Below are positions 24,070 through 38,138 of a stretch of DNA of 64,000 bases, piece after piece. Position 1 is the first letter of the stretch; each line of letters starts with the position of its first letter. Source of the DNA: Mytilus californianus (taxonomy: Eukaryota); contig NW_026262637.1 in assembly GCF_021869535.1 (NCBI RefSeq), positions 8,494,001-8,558,000 on the forward strand, given 5' to 3'. A program made the translations under genes and the position numbers. The notes under the pieces were generated by a model that was not told the DNA's origin, ran no database searches, and saw only the letters and a list, made by a program, of their open reading frames with translations.

Positions 24070-25315
24070 GTATGCATGTAGTCGTAAAAGAAAGATTATA
24101 AATGAAAGAAAAATACATTATATGCCAGTCTACTTCTTATTTCACCTTTTATAATTTTTACTGCAATGTTTCTATCACTGCAGATAACAAAAGAAAGAGT
24201 CATATGACTAAACGTAATTCATTAGTAGTTATGTACCGCTGTAATTATCTCTCTTTTCTTTATATGTCTGTAACACCGAAAAGGTAAGTACTCTATGCTG
24301 GAACTGTTTTGTTTGAATCAAGTCATTTGCAGTCTACTCAAATTTTAACAAACGACAATATTGTTGTGAGGACTATATTTATATTGTTTCCGACTTTTTT
24401 CTTGCGAATTATCATATAAAACCTTTTTCCTAAGTAAACAATCCGTCCCATGGATGCATGTAGTAGGTAGCCACAGCGTCAGCAAATGCATGCATTTGTA
24501 AACAATATCTGATCAGAAACTGTAATTTTGAATTGTACAACATTTTATTGAATTGTTGGAAAAGCTACTGAACATTACTGAATTGACTGCAGGCATATTG
24601 TTTGAACAGTACTGAAATTTCCGTTGTGGATAAGACTGAAAATTGAGTGAACGATTGAGTATGACTATATAATTTATTGTTCAGACTTTTCAGATAATGT
24701 TTAGATCGAAATGAACGTTTTCGACTTATATTCTACTAGTGATGAAATGAATGATACATTTTGTTTGTGAAATAATACATTTTTGTAGTTTATGAAATTG
24801 CAGTTTACTTTTTCAGTTCACCTTATATAGTTGAAGCTGTTGTGTTTAAGTTCATTCTTGTATGTTTTGTAAAGAATCGTTGTATGTATCTTGCATTTTA
24901 AATATTTGGTCCCCGAGAAGGTGTCAGACTACCAATTCAAAATCCCTATCTATTCAACCAAATTTTGTACTTGTAACAGCTTTCTTAACATTTGACCTTA
25001 AGTTTAACTTCATAGAAATCAGGTATATTCTGAAGTGTACATGACGGCTTAGAACTAGCTGTCATTAACTGCGAGTACTTTCAGATCAGTACTTAGTGTC
25101 TTTTTGTTGGTGGGATATACAAGTACCCGGCCACGTTCACTCTGTGTTTTTGTTAGATGTATTTCTATTTGTATCCATCTGATAAGTTGAGTCTTTTTCA
25201 ACTGATTTTCATAGTTTGTTCTTATGTTGTACTGTTACAACACTGTCCCAGGTTAGGGGGACGGTTGGGATCCCGCTATCATGTTTAACCCCAACCCATT
25301 ATGTATGTGTCGCAG

Positions 25316-26680
25316 GAAAAATGGGACACCAATCTATCGCCAAACTGGGTGAAGATAAAGTCACCAGAAACCACAAAGACTTTAGGCGTGGTATTAACTG
25401 AGGGCCATTTCCTGCATGAAACGAGTCGTCCAAGTTATAATACTTTATTATATGAATCTGTAAATATACAAATTGTAAGCCAAGTTTACAATGTGTTCCA
25501 ATAGATATGAACAGTATGCACAACTGATATATTCACATGTTCAACGGAGCTATATTCTGACATTTACTAATATATCAAAATGCGGCCTTCAAGCCAAATT
25601 ATTTGACGTCAATCATCAAGGAACATGAATATAAAATATGAATATGATATGAATGTGAAACATATAAAACTGAAAACACAAATAACATAAAATGTTTAAA
25701 AAATGGAACAAAATGGACACATATATCAGGTTACACACACACACCCTCCTGCAAAATGTTTCGTCTCGAAACTATCTCGAAATCAATATATCAAAACTAT
25801 GACACTTTTGAAATTTGAACAATCTAGATGCGCATGCGGCAAACGCCACTATACCATATAGCAATGACCAAAATTCAGGACACTTCAATAGGATTCACAT
25901 ACAAATAAAAAATTACAAAATTTTCCCTCATTACTTTGAATTCCCGTTGACAAAGATCAATCCAAATTCTTGCTAAATCAAACGTAAGATGTGATACAAA
26001 TATCTAAATTTCCCACTTTTACATTTATGTACAAAAGAAAAAATGGAGTGATAACATGATTCGTATGATTAAATTCTTTCGGTTGTCTAAGTTGTCACGT
26101 GATAAAGCAATACACATTCACTTTCACTAATATTAAATAACATCAAACATATTTACATGATGTAGTATGAGTTTCCCGGTAGATATGCGCATTATGAGAA
26201 ATATGAATTTCAAATATACCTTTCAAACATCAGGGTTTCACAATCGTAAATTCACTTTATACAAAGCAGTTGCTCACATCAAAGTTGACAAATATTTGTT
26301 GTCTCACCATGAAGTAGCGGTACGTTGTTCTGGAACGACATTCTTGACTTGACTGTATAATAATATAAACGGCAAACGCCAAATACTGGTAATGACGGAC
26401 CTGGACTTCACAAGACCATTCTCGTTATAAAATGTAGAAATCTACGTTGTCAAAACCATATAAAGTTGGACTATCTCGGTGGAACCTCCAAAATGTCGAA
26501 AAAATGAAAAATGGGACACAAATCTATCGCCAAACAGGGTGAAGATAAAGTCACCAGAAACCTCAAAGACTTTAGGTGTGGTATTAATTGAGGACCATTT
26601 TCTGCATGAAACGAGTCGTCCAAGTTTACATACAACGGAGCTATATTCTGACATTTACTAATATATCAAAATGCGGCCTT
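25316..26680 (+). repeat. Pair of diverged direct repeats (25316-25589 and 26506-26680)
   Basis: GAAAAATGGGACAC...GAGTCGTCCAAGTT and CAACGGAGCTATATTCTG...TGCGGCCTT occur in both copies. Copy 2 lacks ~100 bp present in copy 1. Confidence 0.8.
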
Positions 26681-26870
26681 GTTGCCTAACTGAATTCTCT
26701 ATTTGAATAACTTAAATATCTTTGCTTTAATTGAAACATTTAAACATGGCTAAACGAATAAATAAAGTTGCAAGTACCTGTAGCGGCGACTCTCGTCATC
26801 CGCCCTTCCTAATATATATATTGACCATTGACTAACTAAAAAGTGCTTATAATTATATATATATATATAA

Positions 26871-27194
26871 AAAGAAGATGTGGTATGATTGCCAATGAGA
26901 CAACTCTCCACAAGAGACCTAATGACACAGAAATTAACAGGAGCCTGTAATTCAGTGGTTGTCGTTTGTTGATGTGTTACATATTTGTTTTCGTTCATTG
27001 TTTGTAAATTATGCCGTTAGTTTTCTCGTTTGAATTGTTTTACATTTGTCATTTCGGGGCCTTTTATAGCTGACTTTACGGTATGGGCTTTGCTCATTGT
27101 TGAAGGCCGTATGGTGACCTATAGTTGTTAACTTCTGTTTCATTTTGTCTCTTGTGGAGAGTTGTCTCATTGGCAATCATACCACATCTTCTTT
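26871..27194. repeat. Fold-back structure: two inverted ~68-bp arms of the abundant AAGAAGATGTGGTATGATTGCCAATGAGACAACTCTCC repeat
   Basis: 26871-26938 is the near reverse complement of 27125-27194. Confidence 0.7.
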
Positions 27195-27870
27195 TTAGTC
27201 AAAAAAGCGAGACATAGCGATCCTACATTCCGTCGTCGGCGTCGTCCACAAATATTCACTCTGTGGTTAAAGTTTTGGAAATTGTAATAACTTTCTTAAA
27301 TTAAAACTATCCTGGATTTCTACCAAACTTGGAAAGAAGCTTGTTTATGATCATAAGATAGTATCCAGAAATAAATTTAAAAACCAAAATTCTGTTTATT
27401 AGTATTTTATTTATAAATGAACTTAGTTTTTCTGCCAGTAAACATTACATTCACTCTGTGGTTAAAGTTTTAAAAGTTTAAATAACTTTATTAAACTATC
27501 CTGGATTTCTATAAAACTTGGACAGAAGCTTGTTTATGATTAGAAGATGGTATCCGGAGGTCAATTTGGTAAAAAAAAATGTTTACTTATAAGTAGACCT
27601 AGTTTTTCTGCAAGTTAACATTACATTCACTCTGTGGTTAAAGTTTTTAAAGTTTTAATAACTTTATTAAGCTATCCTGGATTTCTATATAACTTGGACA
27701 GAGGCTTGTTTATGATAAAAAAAAAAACAGGTATCTAGAAGGAAATTTTGTAAAAATAATTCCAGTTTTTCCGTACGTTACTTATATATGGACTTAGTTT
27801 TTCTTCCAGTTAACATTACATACAGTCTGAAGTTAAAGTTCGTAAAACATTTATTAGAATTATAAAGTAG
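27195..27870 (+). mobile_element. Truncated Helentron/HINE-like element with 3-4 internal ~175-195-bp tandem units
   Basis: GTCGTCGGCGTCGTCC motif, then CACTCTGTGGTTAAAGTTT at 27257, 27452 and 27628, with a variant near 27803. Confidence 0.7.
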
Positions 27871-28166
27871 GCAAGAAGCTGAACCCTTACGAATTTTGTA
27901 TATGTATCATCTTTCTACATGCCAGTTTTCACCCTACCTTTCAAGTCTTACCTCCGAAACACAAGTTTTACCAAATAACCACTGGTTATCTGGAAAACGG
28001 AAATTAGTATACTATAGAGCGCATTAATCCTCAATTTTAATTTAAACTCATTAACAAGTAAATTTTGCCTCAAAATGATTTAAAAATATTTCGCTTTCAC
28101 CAAATGTGATGGTTAATTAAGTCTCCCAAACGAAGTTTGGGAAGACTTATTGTTTTTGCTCAGTTC

Positions 28167-28250
28167 TTATTATTATTATTATTCTTCTTCTTCTTCTTCT
28201 TCTTCTTCTTCTTCTTCTTCTTCTTCTTCTTCTTCTTCTTCTTCTTCTTC
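28167..28250. repeat. Compound (TAT)n(TCT)n microsatellite
   Basis: Directly visible. Confidence 0.95.
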
Positions 28251-28550
28251 CGCCGCTTTTAAATTTGAACTTGTCCGCACCCGTTCTCCAAAACCGCTTG
28301 TCAGATTAACTTAGGGTTTCACAATATGTTAGACTAACATGTCTAGTGGTGCAATCAGGGTTTTGTTTGTGCAATGGGGTTTATAAAGGGGTACTTTGAG
28401 GGGCAAAAAGAAAAGAGGGTTTTACTATAGAACCCTATGGGATTTTATTTTTTGAAATTTTCAAATGATTATAAATTGAAAACCGTTTGTGATAGACACA
28501 ATCTTTTTAATTGAAAATGTTCTAAATGATAAAGCCCATTTAATGAAATA

Positions 28551-31112
28551 CAGGGTTAGTCCCCAGGGGCCACCCCCACCCCCTGCCATTTAAGAACGTT
28601 CTAATACCTTGTAAGTGGTCAAGATCCCCACCCCTAAACCATATATATTTTGGTTTGTTATGCTAAGATGGTTTGAATGATATACAGGGTTAGTCCCCAG
28701 GGGTCATCCCCACCCCCTGCCATTTGAGAAAGTTCTAATATCTTGTAAATGGTCGAGATCCCCACCCCTAAACCATATATATTCTGGTTTGTCATGATAA
28801 AGCACATCAAATGTAATACAGGGTTAGTCCCCAGGGGTCACCCCCACCCCCTGCCATTTAAGAAAGTTCTAATATCTTCTAAGTGGTCAAGATCCCCACC
28901 CCTAAACCATATATATTCTGGTTTGTCATGCTAAGATGGTTTGAATGATATACAGGGTTAGTCCCCAGGGGTCATCCCGACCCCCTGCCATTTGAGAAAG
29001 TTCTAATATCTTGTAAATGGTCGAGATCCCCACCCCTAAACCATATATATTCTGGTTTGTCATGATAAAGCACATCAAATGAAATACAGGGTTAGTCCCC
29101 AGGGGTCACCCCCACCCCCTGCCATTTAAGAAAGTTCTAATATCTTCTAAGTGGTCAAGATCCCCACCCCTAAACCATATATATTCTGGTTTGTCATGCT
29201 AAGATGGTTTGAATGATATACAGGGTTAGTCCCCAGGGGTCATCCCGACCCCCTGCCATTTGAGAAAGTTCTAATATCTTGTAAATGGTCGAGATCCCCA
29301 CCCCTAAACCATATATATTCTGGTTTGTCATGATAAAGCACATCAAATGAAATACAGGGTTAGTCCCCAGGGGCCACCCCCACCCCCTGCCATTTGAGAA
29401 CGTTCTAATACCTTGTAAGTGGTCAAGATCCCCACCCCTAAACCATATATATTTTGGTTTGTTATGCTAAGATGGTTTGAATGATATACAGGGTTAGTCC
29501 CCAGGGGTCATCCCCACCCCCTGCCATTTGAGAAAGTTCTAATATCTTGTAAATGGTCGAGATCCCCACCCCTAAACCATATATATTCTGGTTTGTCATG
29601 ATAAAGCACATCAAATGTAATACAGGGTTAGTCCCCAGGGGTCACCCCCACCCCCTGCCATTTAAGAAAGTTCTAATATCTTCTAAGTGGTCAAGATCCC
29701 CACCCCTAAACCATATATATTCTGGTTTGTCATGCTAAGATGGTTTGAATGATATACAGGGTTAGTCCCCAGGGGTCATCCCGACCCCCTGCCATTTGAG
29801 AAAGTTCTAATATCTTGTAAATGGTCGAGATCCCAACCCCTAAACCATATATATTCTGGTTTGTCATGATAAAGCACATCAAATGAAATACAGGGTTAGT
29901 TCCCAGGAGTCACCCCCACCCCCTGCCATTTAAGAAAGTTCTAATATCTTCTAAGTGGTCAAGATCCCCACCCCTAAACCATATATATTCTGGTTTGTCA
30001 TGCTAAGATGGTTTGAATGATATACAGGGTTAGTCCCCAGGGGTCATCCCGACCCCCTGCCATTTGAGAAAGTTCTAATATCTTGTAAATGGTCGAGATC
30101 CCCACCCCTAAACCATATATATTCTGGTTTGTCATGCGAAGATGGTTTGAATGATAAACAGGGTTAGTCCCCAGGGGTCATCCCGACCCCCTGCCATTTA
30201 AGAAAGTTCTAATATCTTCTAAGTGGTCAAGATCCCCACGCCTAAACCATATATATTCTGGTTTGTCATGCTAAGATGGTTTGAATGATATACAGGGTTA
30301 GTCCCCAGGGTCATCCGGACCCCCTGCCATTTGAGAAAGTTCTAATATCTTGTAAATGGTCGAGATCCCCACCCCTAAACCATATATATTCTGGTTTGTC
30401 ATGATAAAGCACATCAAATGTAATACAGGGTTAGTCCCCAGGGGTCACCCCCACCCCCTGCCATTTAAGAAAGTTCTAATATCTTCTAAGTGGTCAAGAT
30501 CCCCACGCCTAAACCATATATATTCTGGTTTGTCATGCTAAGATGGTTTGAATGATATACAGGGTTAGTCCCCAGGGGTCATCCCGACCCCCTGCCATTT
30601 GAGAAAGTTCTAATATCTTGTAAATGGTCGAGATCCCCACCCCTAAACCATATATATTCTGGTTTGTCATGATAAAGCACATCAAATGAAATACAGGGTT
30701 AGTTCCCAGGGGTCACCCCCACCCCCTGCCATTTAAGAAAGTTCTAATATCTTCTAAGTGGTCAAGATCCCCACCCCTAAACCATATATATTCTGGTTTG
30801 TCATGCTAAGATGGTTTGAATGATATACAGGGTTAGTCCCCAGGGGTCATCCCGACCCCCTGCCATTTGAGAAAGTTCTAATATCTTGTAAATGGTCGAG
30901 ATCCCCACCCCTAAACCATATATATTCTGGTTTGTCATGCGAAGATGGTTTGAATGATAAACAGGGTTAGTCCCCAGGGGTCATCCCGACCCCCTGCCAT
31001 TTGAGAAAGTTCTAGTATTTTGTAAATGGTCGAGATCCCCACCCCTAAACCATATATATTCTGGTTTGTCATGCCAAGATGATTTGAATGATATACAAGG
31101 TTAGTCCCCAGG
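28551..31112. repeat. Tandem array of 19 full 134-bp units plus a partial unit, with dimeric and hexameric higher-order structure
   Basis: CAGGGTTAGT starts at 28551, 28685, 28819 ... 30962 and 31096; spacing is 134 bp (once 133). Confidence 0.97.
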
Positions 31113-32877
31113 CATCACTAATGCATATAACTTTACTGGATTAAACTAATTTTCACTGGACGTTGCCCAATGTCAGGCGACCCTGGGAATTACGAATTAT
31201 GGGAGCTTCGTTTGGGAGACTTCGTAACAGCATCCTGTTACAATCATTTCTTGTTTAAGTAAATAATGACATCAAAAGCACTTATTCGTGTCAGAGTAGG
31301 GCTACTTTTAAATACAGTCTAAATTATAGGGAGTGAATTGGTGGTCTGACACCTAAACGTCCCTGTAAAAAAACTGTTATCTTACAATGAATATAATTGT
31401 AATAAGTTTTACACGCATTTTAGGATGGGTGCTCATAATAAAAAATACAAATTTTGGTGAGAGATCTTTGCCATCTGGAAGTGAAGTTGGTATGTACACA
31501 TATATTTTCTATCATTGTATGACGCTATAAAATAAATATAGCATATTCTATGCTTAAAATATAACACCAAAATGAAGTTCAAGGAATTGGTACATCCGGA
31601 TGCGACACCAGTATTCTGACAATAACTTCATGCTTTACGTTTAAAGAAGTTGCAGACCTAAAAAGTAAGAATCAGATTTCGATCGTGTATTTTTTTTTGT
31701 TTAATCCGTTATATACTGTTGAATTTAATATGCTTGGTTTCGATCCGTTATATCGAAAAGTAACTTAAAATCGGGCATCTGGTAGATCAAATTAATGCTC
31801 ACAAGCCTTGCGTTGTTAAAATTATCACTGGATAAAAATTATTACCTATGTGTCTGCCTTTGCTCCTACATATTCCTACATATTCAAATATAAATGATAC
31901 ATTTCCAAAATTCAACATTCATACTAAACCTACGATAATAAAATAAGAATGCATGTTTTAGTTGTAATATATATGTTGTTTAACTGATACCACAAGGTAC
32001 CAATATTTGAGAGTGGGATGTATAAAAACATTACATCGACTGAAAACAACTGAATATGGAACAATCTGTTCGAAATTCTTAAGCCAATTTCATATGTAGA
32101 AGTTTTGTTGTTTTACTTATTTTAATAATTGTATTGGTGAATAACATGAATAACTGTACATATTTTGCTTTCATCCGATCATTAATTGATAATGAGCAAT
32201 TGTTTTCCATCGAAGCATTGAACACCAGCGTCTATTTCTTCCTTCCTTTTCTGATTTCAAATCCGGGGTATAGTTCAAAGCACAGCAGACGGTGCAATTT
32301 CAGTAGTGACGTCAATTACCTGCAGCCCATGTTTTGTTGGAACTAGAACATGGCAATGTTTCCAAAGCAAAAGAAGAATGTCATAATAGAATATAGTTCT
32401 TTTTTTTTTTGGTCTGTTGTATTGCTTGTTTAGTTTGTTTTTTAATCGCAACATTATAACAACCCTCAAAGTACCCCAACTCAGAGTAAAAATATTTAAG
32501 GGTCCTTTATCTAATTTTTGCAGCTATACCCTTTGAATGCAAACATAATTCTACTCCAAAATGATGTACCTGACAGTTTAATTTTTATTAAATTACGTCC
32601 CTGGAGATTCGTAAAATTCGTACTCTTTCTCGTCATTTCCCCGTTGACTCAATTGTAAACCTAGTAACCAAGATATATCTAGCAAAACAGGCTACTTTTA
32701 ACAGTTTAAATTGAGGGGAAATGACGTCTCGCATCGATTCGAAAAAGTGAATTGTTCGGGATTGTTTAAAATGCGGATAAGTTTGGATATGTTTAGATGT
32801 GTTGCATGAATTTTCCGACATGAGCAGAACATCATAGCTGTTGACGTATTTTAAAAGTAGCTATAAAAGAGGGGCGA

Positions 32878-33570
32878 AAGATACCAAAGGAACAGTCAAA
32901 CTCATAGATAGAAAATAAACTGATAATGCCATGGCTAAAAAAAGACAAACAGACAAATAATAGTATACAAGACATAACATAGACGACTAAAGACTACGCA
33001 ACACAAACCCCACCAGAAATTGGGGGTGATCTCAGGTGCTATGGAAGTGTAAGCAGATCCTGCTCCACATATAGCACCCGTCGTGTTGCTCATGTTATTA
33101 CAAACCTGGTAAATAGTCTAATTCGGTAGGTCACATTCGTGAAAAAGGAACGGGATTGTAGTTACGACATAAGGAACATATCCGATATCATTTGTGAAAC
33201 GGATATTCCATAACGGCCAACCAACTCGTGATAGCGTCCGTAATATTTACGACGGGATGATTTCAACTTCAGCATTTGGAACTCTTGGTTTAAAAGCTTC
33301 CTTGTGAGCAGCAACCCTCCATCAAGGAAATCATGATAGAAAATATAGGCCCGGGAATATCGTATCAATTGGGAGATATATACTCCGTATGCAGGCGCTG
33401 CTGGTATGTTGCTTCAAAGAAATGGAAAGTTCACAATTGGGAAGCTGAAATCATCTCTTTTGTCGTTAAGTTTCGTTTTCATCCGACCCTAATTGTCAAT
33501 TTCTAGATGTAAGTCGAGATATGTGGCAGACTCAACTGTATCTGTTGTATCCTTTATCTATAAATATATA
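32878..33570 (-). mobile_element. Penelope-like retroelement fragment (RT C-terminal extension plus 3' region)
   Basis: Minus-strand ...GVYISQL IRYSRAYIFYHDFLDGGLLLTRKLLNQEFQMLKLKSSRRKYYGRYHELV, typical of bivalve Penelope-like RT C-termini. Confidence 0.75.
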
Positions 33571-34040
33571 GGCATGTTGACATTAGCAAACAGGCATTTG
33601 TCTGACTAACTTGTCAACATTTAGATTTTTTAAGGGAGTGGTTATCCCCAACCTTACAAGAATACATATAGACTGTGCTAATCGGGAGAAAATGAATTAA
33701 ATGCGTTATTTGCACACTGAAAAAGTAAAAACTCTCAATGTACATCCCACAAATCAGGTCAGTACCGTAGGTTAAAATAGGAGAAACATGAATCACAATT
33801 TACAAAAAGAGATAATTCCGACCACTTTAAAGTCCAGTATGAGCATTCCGTTAAGGAGATTAACAAATATAAAGAAATGCTAACACCTTAGCTTTCTGAC
33901 CAAGTAAAAATAGCAAAAAAAATAGCAAAACTCATCTCAAGTTCACTTTCCATTAATTGAGCAGAATAAGTTTATGGTTTCATAGCGAAAAGGTTCATTA
34001 TTGAGGATGAAAGAAACAAAATATCATACTATTTTTTCAG

Positions 34041-34310
34041 AAAATCTTAAAAGTCTCTTTGAAGAATATCATTACAATGTTAGATATTACAAAGATGTTT
34101 CCGCTGACAAGCTTTTACAACATGTTGAGGCATGCGCATCCAAAGCCGATTCGAAGTGTTTTGTCTGCTTCATAAGCAGTCATGGCGACTTCTCATCAAT
34201 TGAATGCATGGGAGGTGAATGTGTTGAAACAAAAGATATCCTTAAAAAAGCAAACACAGTACAGCTTAAAGGACAACCAAAATGTATCTTCATTGATGCA
34301 TGTCGCACAG
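34041..34310 (+). CDS. Caspase-like protease (Peptidase C14), large-subunit exon with the catalytic His/Cys dyad
   Basis: TTTTTTCAG acceptor and G|GTAAGT donor; 270 nt, phase 1-1; encodes ...CFVCFISSHG...LKGQPKCIFIDACRT(G). Confidence 0.9.
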
Positions 34311-35758
34311 GTAAGTTAAGTTACAAAAATCGATAATGATATACATGATTGATTGTAGATGGTTTAATGTTCAGTGGCAAATATTTCTGCATTGATAGGA
34401 GGGGAACAAGTTTACAATGCATACAACAGGAGGAACATGTTATAGTGGTAATGAATTCAGCCTTTCACACAGGCCAACTCTAGACCTGTCTTACACAAAA
34501 CCAGGTTCAACCCACCATTTTTTCTTAAAAACGTCCTGTACCAAGTCAGGAAAATGGCCATTGTTATATTATAGTTCGTTTCTGTATGTGTTGCATTTTA
34601 GGATTGAGTTTCTGTTGTGTCGTTGTTCTTCTCTTATATTTGATGTGTTTCCCTCAGTTTTAGTTTGTAACCCGGATTTGTTTTTTTTTCTCAATCGATT
34701 TTTGAATTTCGAATAGCGGTATACTACTGTTGCCTTTATTTAAATAGTTGCTGCAATGGTTTTAACATGCAAAGCGGTGGTATCGAATTTAACATCCCAG
34801 TTGTGACCGGAATTGGATGCGTACTTATACATCCCACACAAACAAACGCACGCCAAATTTTGGCCAGTGTTTTACTTTGGATGGGAAGAAGACCACAGTG
34901 GCAAAATGTCTATTCCCCAGCCACCATTGGGGTTAATATACAAGTTTACTCTTCCTGCAGGTTTTTTTGTAGGGAATTTAAATTACAGTTTGTTTTAAGA
35001 TTACTTAAAGGATACTTTCTGTGTTAGTCTACATTATTTCCTTTCCTCAAGAAAGTTTCGCATATAAAGCTTTGTAAACTTCTAAAATATTTTGGCAAGA
35101 TACAGATTACAGTATGTGCTTGAATTATCTATGATATCTATCTAAATCATTTGCCATTAACCATGTTTGTCAGAAAATATTTCGACAAAACTACGATTTG
35201 GTCATTTTTTATGTATTTTATGAATAATAATGAAGTCGCGTTTATGCATAGTATTATGCATGGACTAATATGGTAATTGTTTCATTCAGAATAAACTAAA
35301 TTTTCTAAACAAGTATGTCGATATGCAAGCTCAAATTCTTTCAGTTCTTTCAAATCTCAATAATAATAATAATTTCTCACAATTATATATATTGATTTTC
35401 ATTCAATATAAAGGTGGCCATTGTAGAATATTGATTTAATATTAATCTAGATTTTAACAGAATAGGATAATACATAGAAGATGTAGTTTTAACATAATTA
35501 CCTATACTCCTCTTAATGGACGTGTTCCGAAATGGTATATACATGTACTCAATGATGATGTTGACAAATTAAACATTAAATGTAGGTTAAATATCAATAC
35601 ACAAAACTGATTTAAAGATTTAAGGTTTATTTCCCATAATGAAGCCCTTGTTTATGACAAAATATTCAAAGTGCAATTGTAACATAAAATATTGTTAGTC
35701 GGACAAAAAAATTCATAATGAAATAATATCCAGGACAACATTTCATTATATCCATGAT

Positions 35759-36062
35759 AATTTTTCACTTTGAAATTATGTCATTGACGGAATACTGTCT
35801 ATTATTACATTAATTCACTGTGAAATTGTGTCCATTATAATTCGTCACCTCCTTCTACACAATATTTCAATATGAAATCCTGTCCATGACAATATTTAAC
35901 TATGAAATTCTGTCCATGACAATATTTCAATATGAAATTATGTCCATGAAATATTTTTCCTATCATGACAATTTTTCACTATGAAATTCTGTCCATGAAA
36001 ATATTTCACTTTGGAATACTGGCTGTTATGACACTAATTCATTGTGAAATTTTTTCCATGAT
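35759..36062. repeat. Degenerate ~30-bp minisatellite (AATATTTCAMTATGAAATTCTGTCCATGA)
   Basis: About 8 diverged units visible. Confidence 0.75.
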
Positions 36063-36968
36063 GTCTTTTACCTTTTGTCGTAAAGTTTTGATTCGTATAC
36101 GTAAAATTGAAGTATCATAATCTAGGGATGACAACTTCTAAGTATGTCTAGCATATTCACCTTTTGTAAAATAGACTTTTGTAGCGCTTTGGCTATATAA
36201 ACTTAAAAACTTATAAAACGTTTGATTAGATCGAGGGGCAACTAGTGTAGAGAGTCGCATAGTCATACATGACCCATTAATTGATTTGTTAGGAACGTGA
36301 ATATTTTTTGTTTACATGAAATTTAATAAGAACTATTTGTACTACAAAATTATAATGCCATTGTATGCATCAACGTTAATAGTTTAAAGGAACCATTCTA
36401 TAGGACAGACATATCATACTAGAATCCGATAATGAAACGATAATTTACGGGTTTATGTTAAAAGAAGACATGACGCTGATAAGTGGTAATGACTACGATC
36501 TTTATCTATTTTACTTTTTATGAATCGCACGAAATTAAGTGTAGCAAGCATTTGCGTCAACAAAATAACACACTGTTGGTAGTTATCCAAGAAAAGTTAT
36601 ATTCGTTATTTTCTAATCTAAATATAGGAGCGTTAAATCTTTTGATTTTCAGTAAAATTGAGAATGGAAATTGGGTATGTGTCAAAGAGACAACAACCCG
36701 ACCAAAGAGCAACTGAAGGCCACCAATAGGTCTTCAATGCAGCGAGAAAATCCCGATCCCGGAAGCGTGCTTCAGCTGGCCCCTAAACAAAAATGTATAC
36801 TTGTTCAGTGATAATGGACGTCATACTAAACTCCAAAATATATCAAAGAAACTAAAATTACAAATGTATGTCACTAGCTTAAAACAAACGTTAAATTTCT
36901 TTGTTTTATCGTTTCAAAAACCTTTTATGCATGAAGCTTTTCCTCATTGATGCAGGCTGTGCATTGAC

Positions 36969-38138
36969 TTTTTAGCTCACCTGGCCCAAAAGGGCCAAGT
37001 GAGCTTTTCTCATCACTTGGCGTCCATCGTCCGTCGTCGTCCATTGACTTTTACAAAACCAAACTTAGCATAAATCATCCTTAAGGTATCTTGTTTAAAA
37101 AATGTATTCGATGACCCCGCTCGTCAACCAAAATGACCGCCATGGCTAAAAATAGAACAAGCGGGTAAAATGCAGTTATCTGAAACTAAAGCATTTATAG
37201 CAAATTTGACAGGATTAAAAATGTTTATCAAATGAAGATCTATCTTCCCATAAATTTTCAGATGCATCAGACAACCCGTTGTTGGGTAGCTGCCCCGGAC
37301 TTAGTAATTTTCAGGACATTTTGCAGTTTTTGGTTATTATCTTGAATATTATAATAGATAAAGATAAACTGTAAACAGCAAAATTGTTCAGCAAAGTCAA
37401 ATCCACAAATAGGTTAACATGACCAAAATGATCAATTGAACCAATAAAGAGTTATTGCTCTTTAAAGTCAATTTTTCACAATTATTCATCACTTGGCGTC
37501 CGTCGTCGTCCATTAACTTTTACAAAAAACTTCTCCTCTGAAACTACTTGGCCAAATTGAACCAAATTTGGCCTAAATCATTCATATGGTATTGTGTTTA
37601 AAAAGTATATCTCTTTATCCCGCCCATCAACCAAGATGGCTAAAAAAAGAACATAGGGGTAAAATACAAGTTCTGTCTAATATTTGAAACGCTATAAATA
37701 GAGAAAATCTGAAAGGAGGAAATTTCTTCAGAATAATGAGCTCTACCAATTGTCAATAAACGTCAAAATTGTTAGAAAAATTCTTATAGGAGTCATTGCC
37801 CATAAATGAAATTTAAAAAAAAGTATTTCATTTTTGCCTATTATCATAAAAACTATGATATTTAAAAAGAGAAACATTTTGTTTTCTGTTCTGCATTATA
37901 TGATTTAAATTAAAATAGATAATTAACACTTTAAATCACAAAAATTATCAGTAATGCAAGATCTATTAATAAGTCAAAGAAACTAAACAGACTGAAAAAT
38001 CAGTAATACAAGATCAACAAAATAGATAATTTTGTCAGTAAGTCTATTCTTGTCTACAATGTTGGAGAGTGTCCTTTGTTAAATATGCACATATACCAAG
38101 TCAAGGTGAGCGACACAGGCTCTTTAGAGCCTGTAGTT
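36969..38138 (+). mobile_element. Helentron/HINE-like element (same family as 6283-6925) in the caspase intron
   Basis: TTTTTAGCTCACCTGGCCC...GGGCCAAGTGAGC 5' palindrome; 3' GGTGAGCGACACAGGCTCTTTAGAGCCTG. Confidence 0.8.

Larger units (their letters stand above)
28113..31255 (+). mobile_element. Helentron/HINE-like element carrying a 2.5-kb satellite array
   Basis: Subterminal inverted repeat AGTCTCCCAAACGAAG (28120-28135) / CTTCGTTTGGGAGACT (31206-31221). 3' hairpin GTAACAGCATCCTGTTAC (31224-31241), then TTCTTGTT. Microsatellite after the 5' palindrome. Confidence 0.85.

Noticed and set aside
25400-25440. Possible hammerhead ribozyme (CTGAGG...GAAAC)
   Set aside because: The core is not CUGANGA followed by a pairable stem II, and helices I and III could not be built.
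28749-30541. Three near-identical 61-aa ORFs (MVEIPTPK...)
   Set aside because: By-product of the 804-bp higher-order satellite.
32250-32346. LISNPGY...R...SDVNYLQPMF resembling a caspase N-terminal strand and helix
   Set aside because: No usable splice sites, and it overlaps positionally with ENLKSLF in exon 34041. Likely chance or an unprovable remnant.
34399-34447. Possible caspase linker exon (AG...GTAATG)
   Set aside because: 49 nt, not a multiple of 3, with TAG in the required phase. It would need a 1-nt indel to fit.
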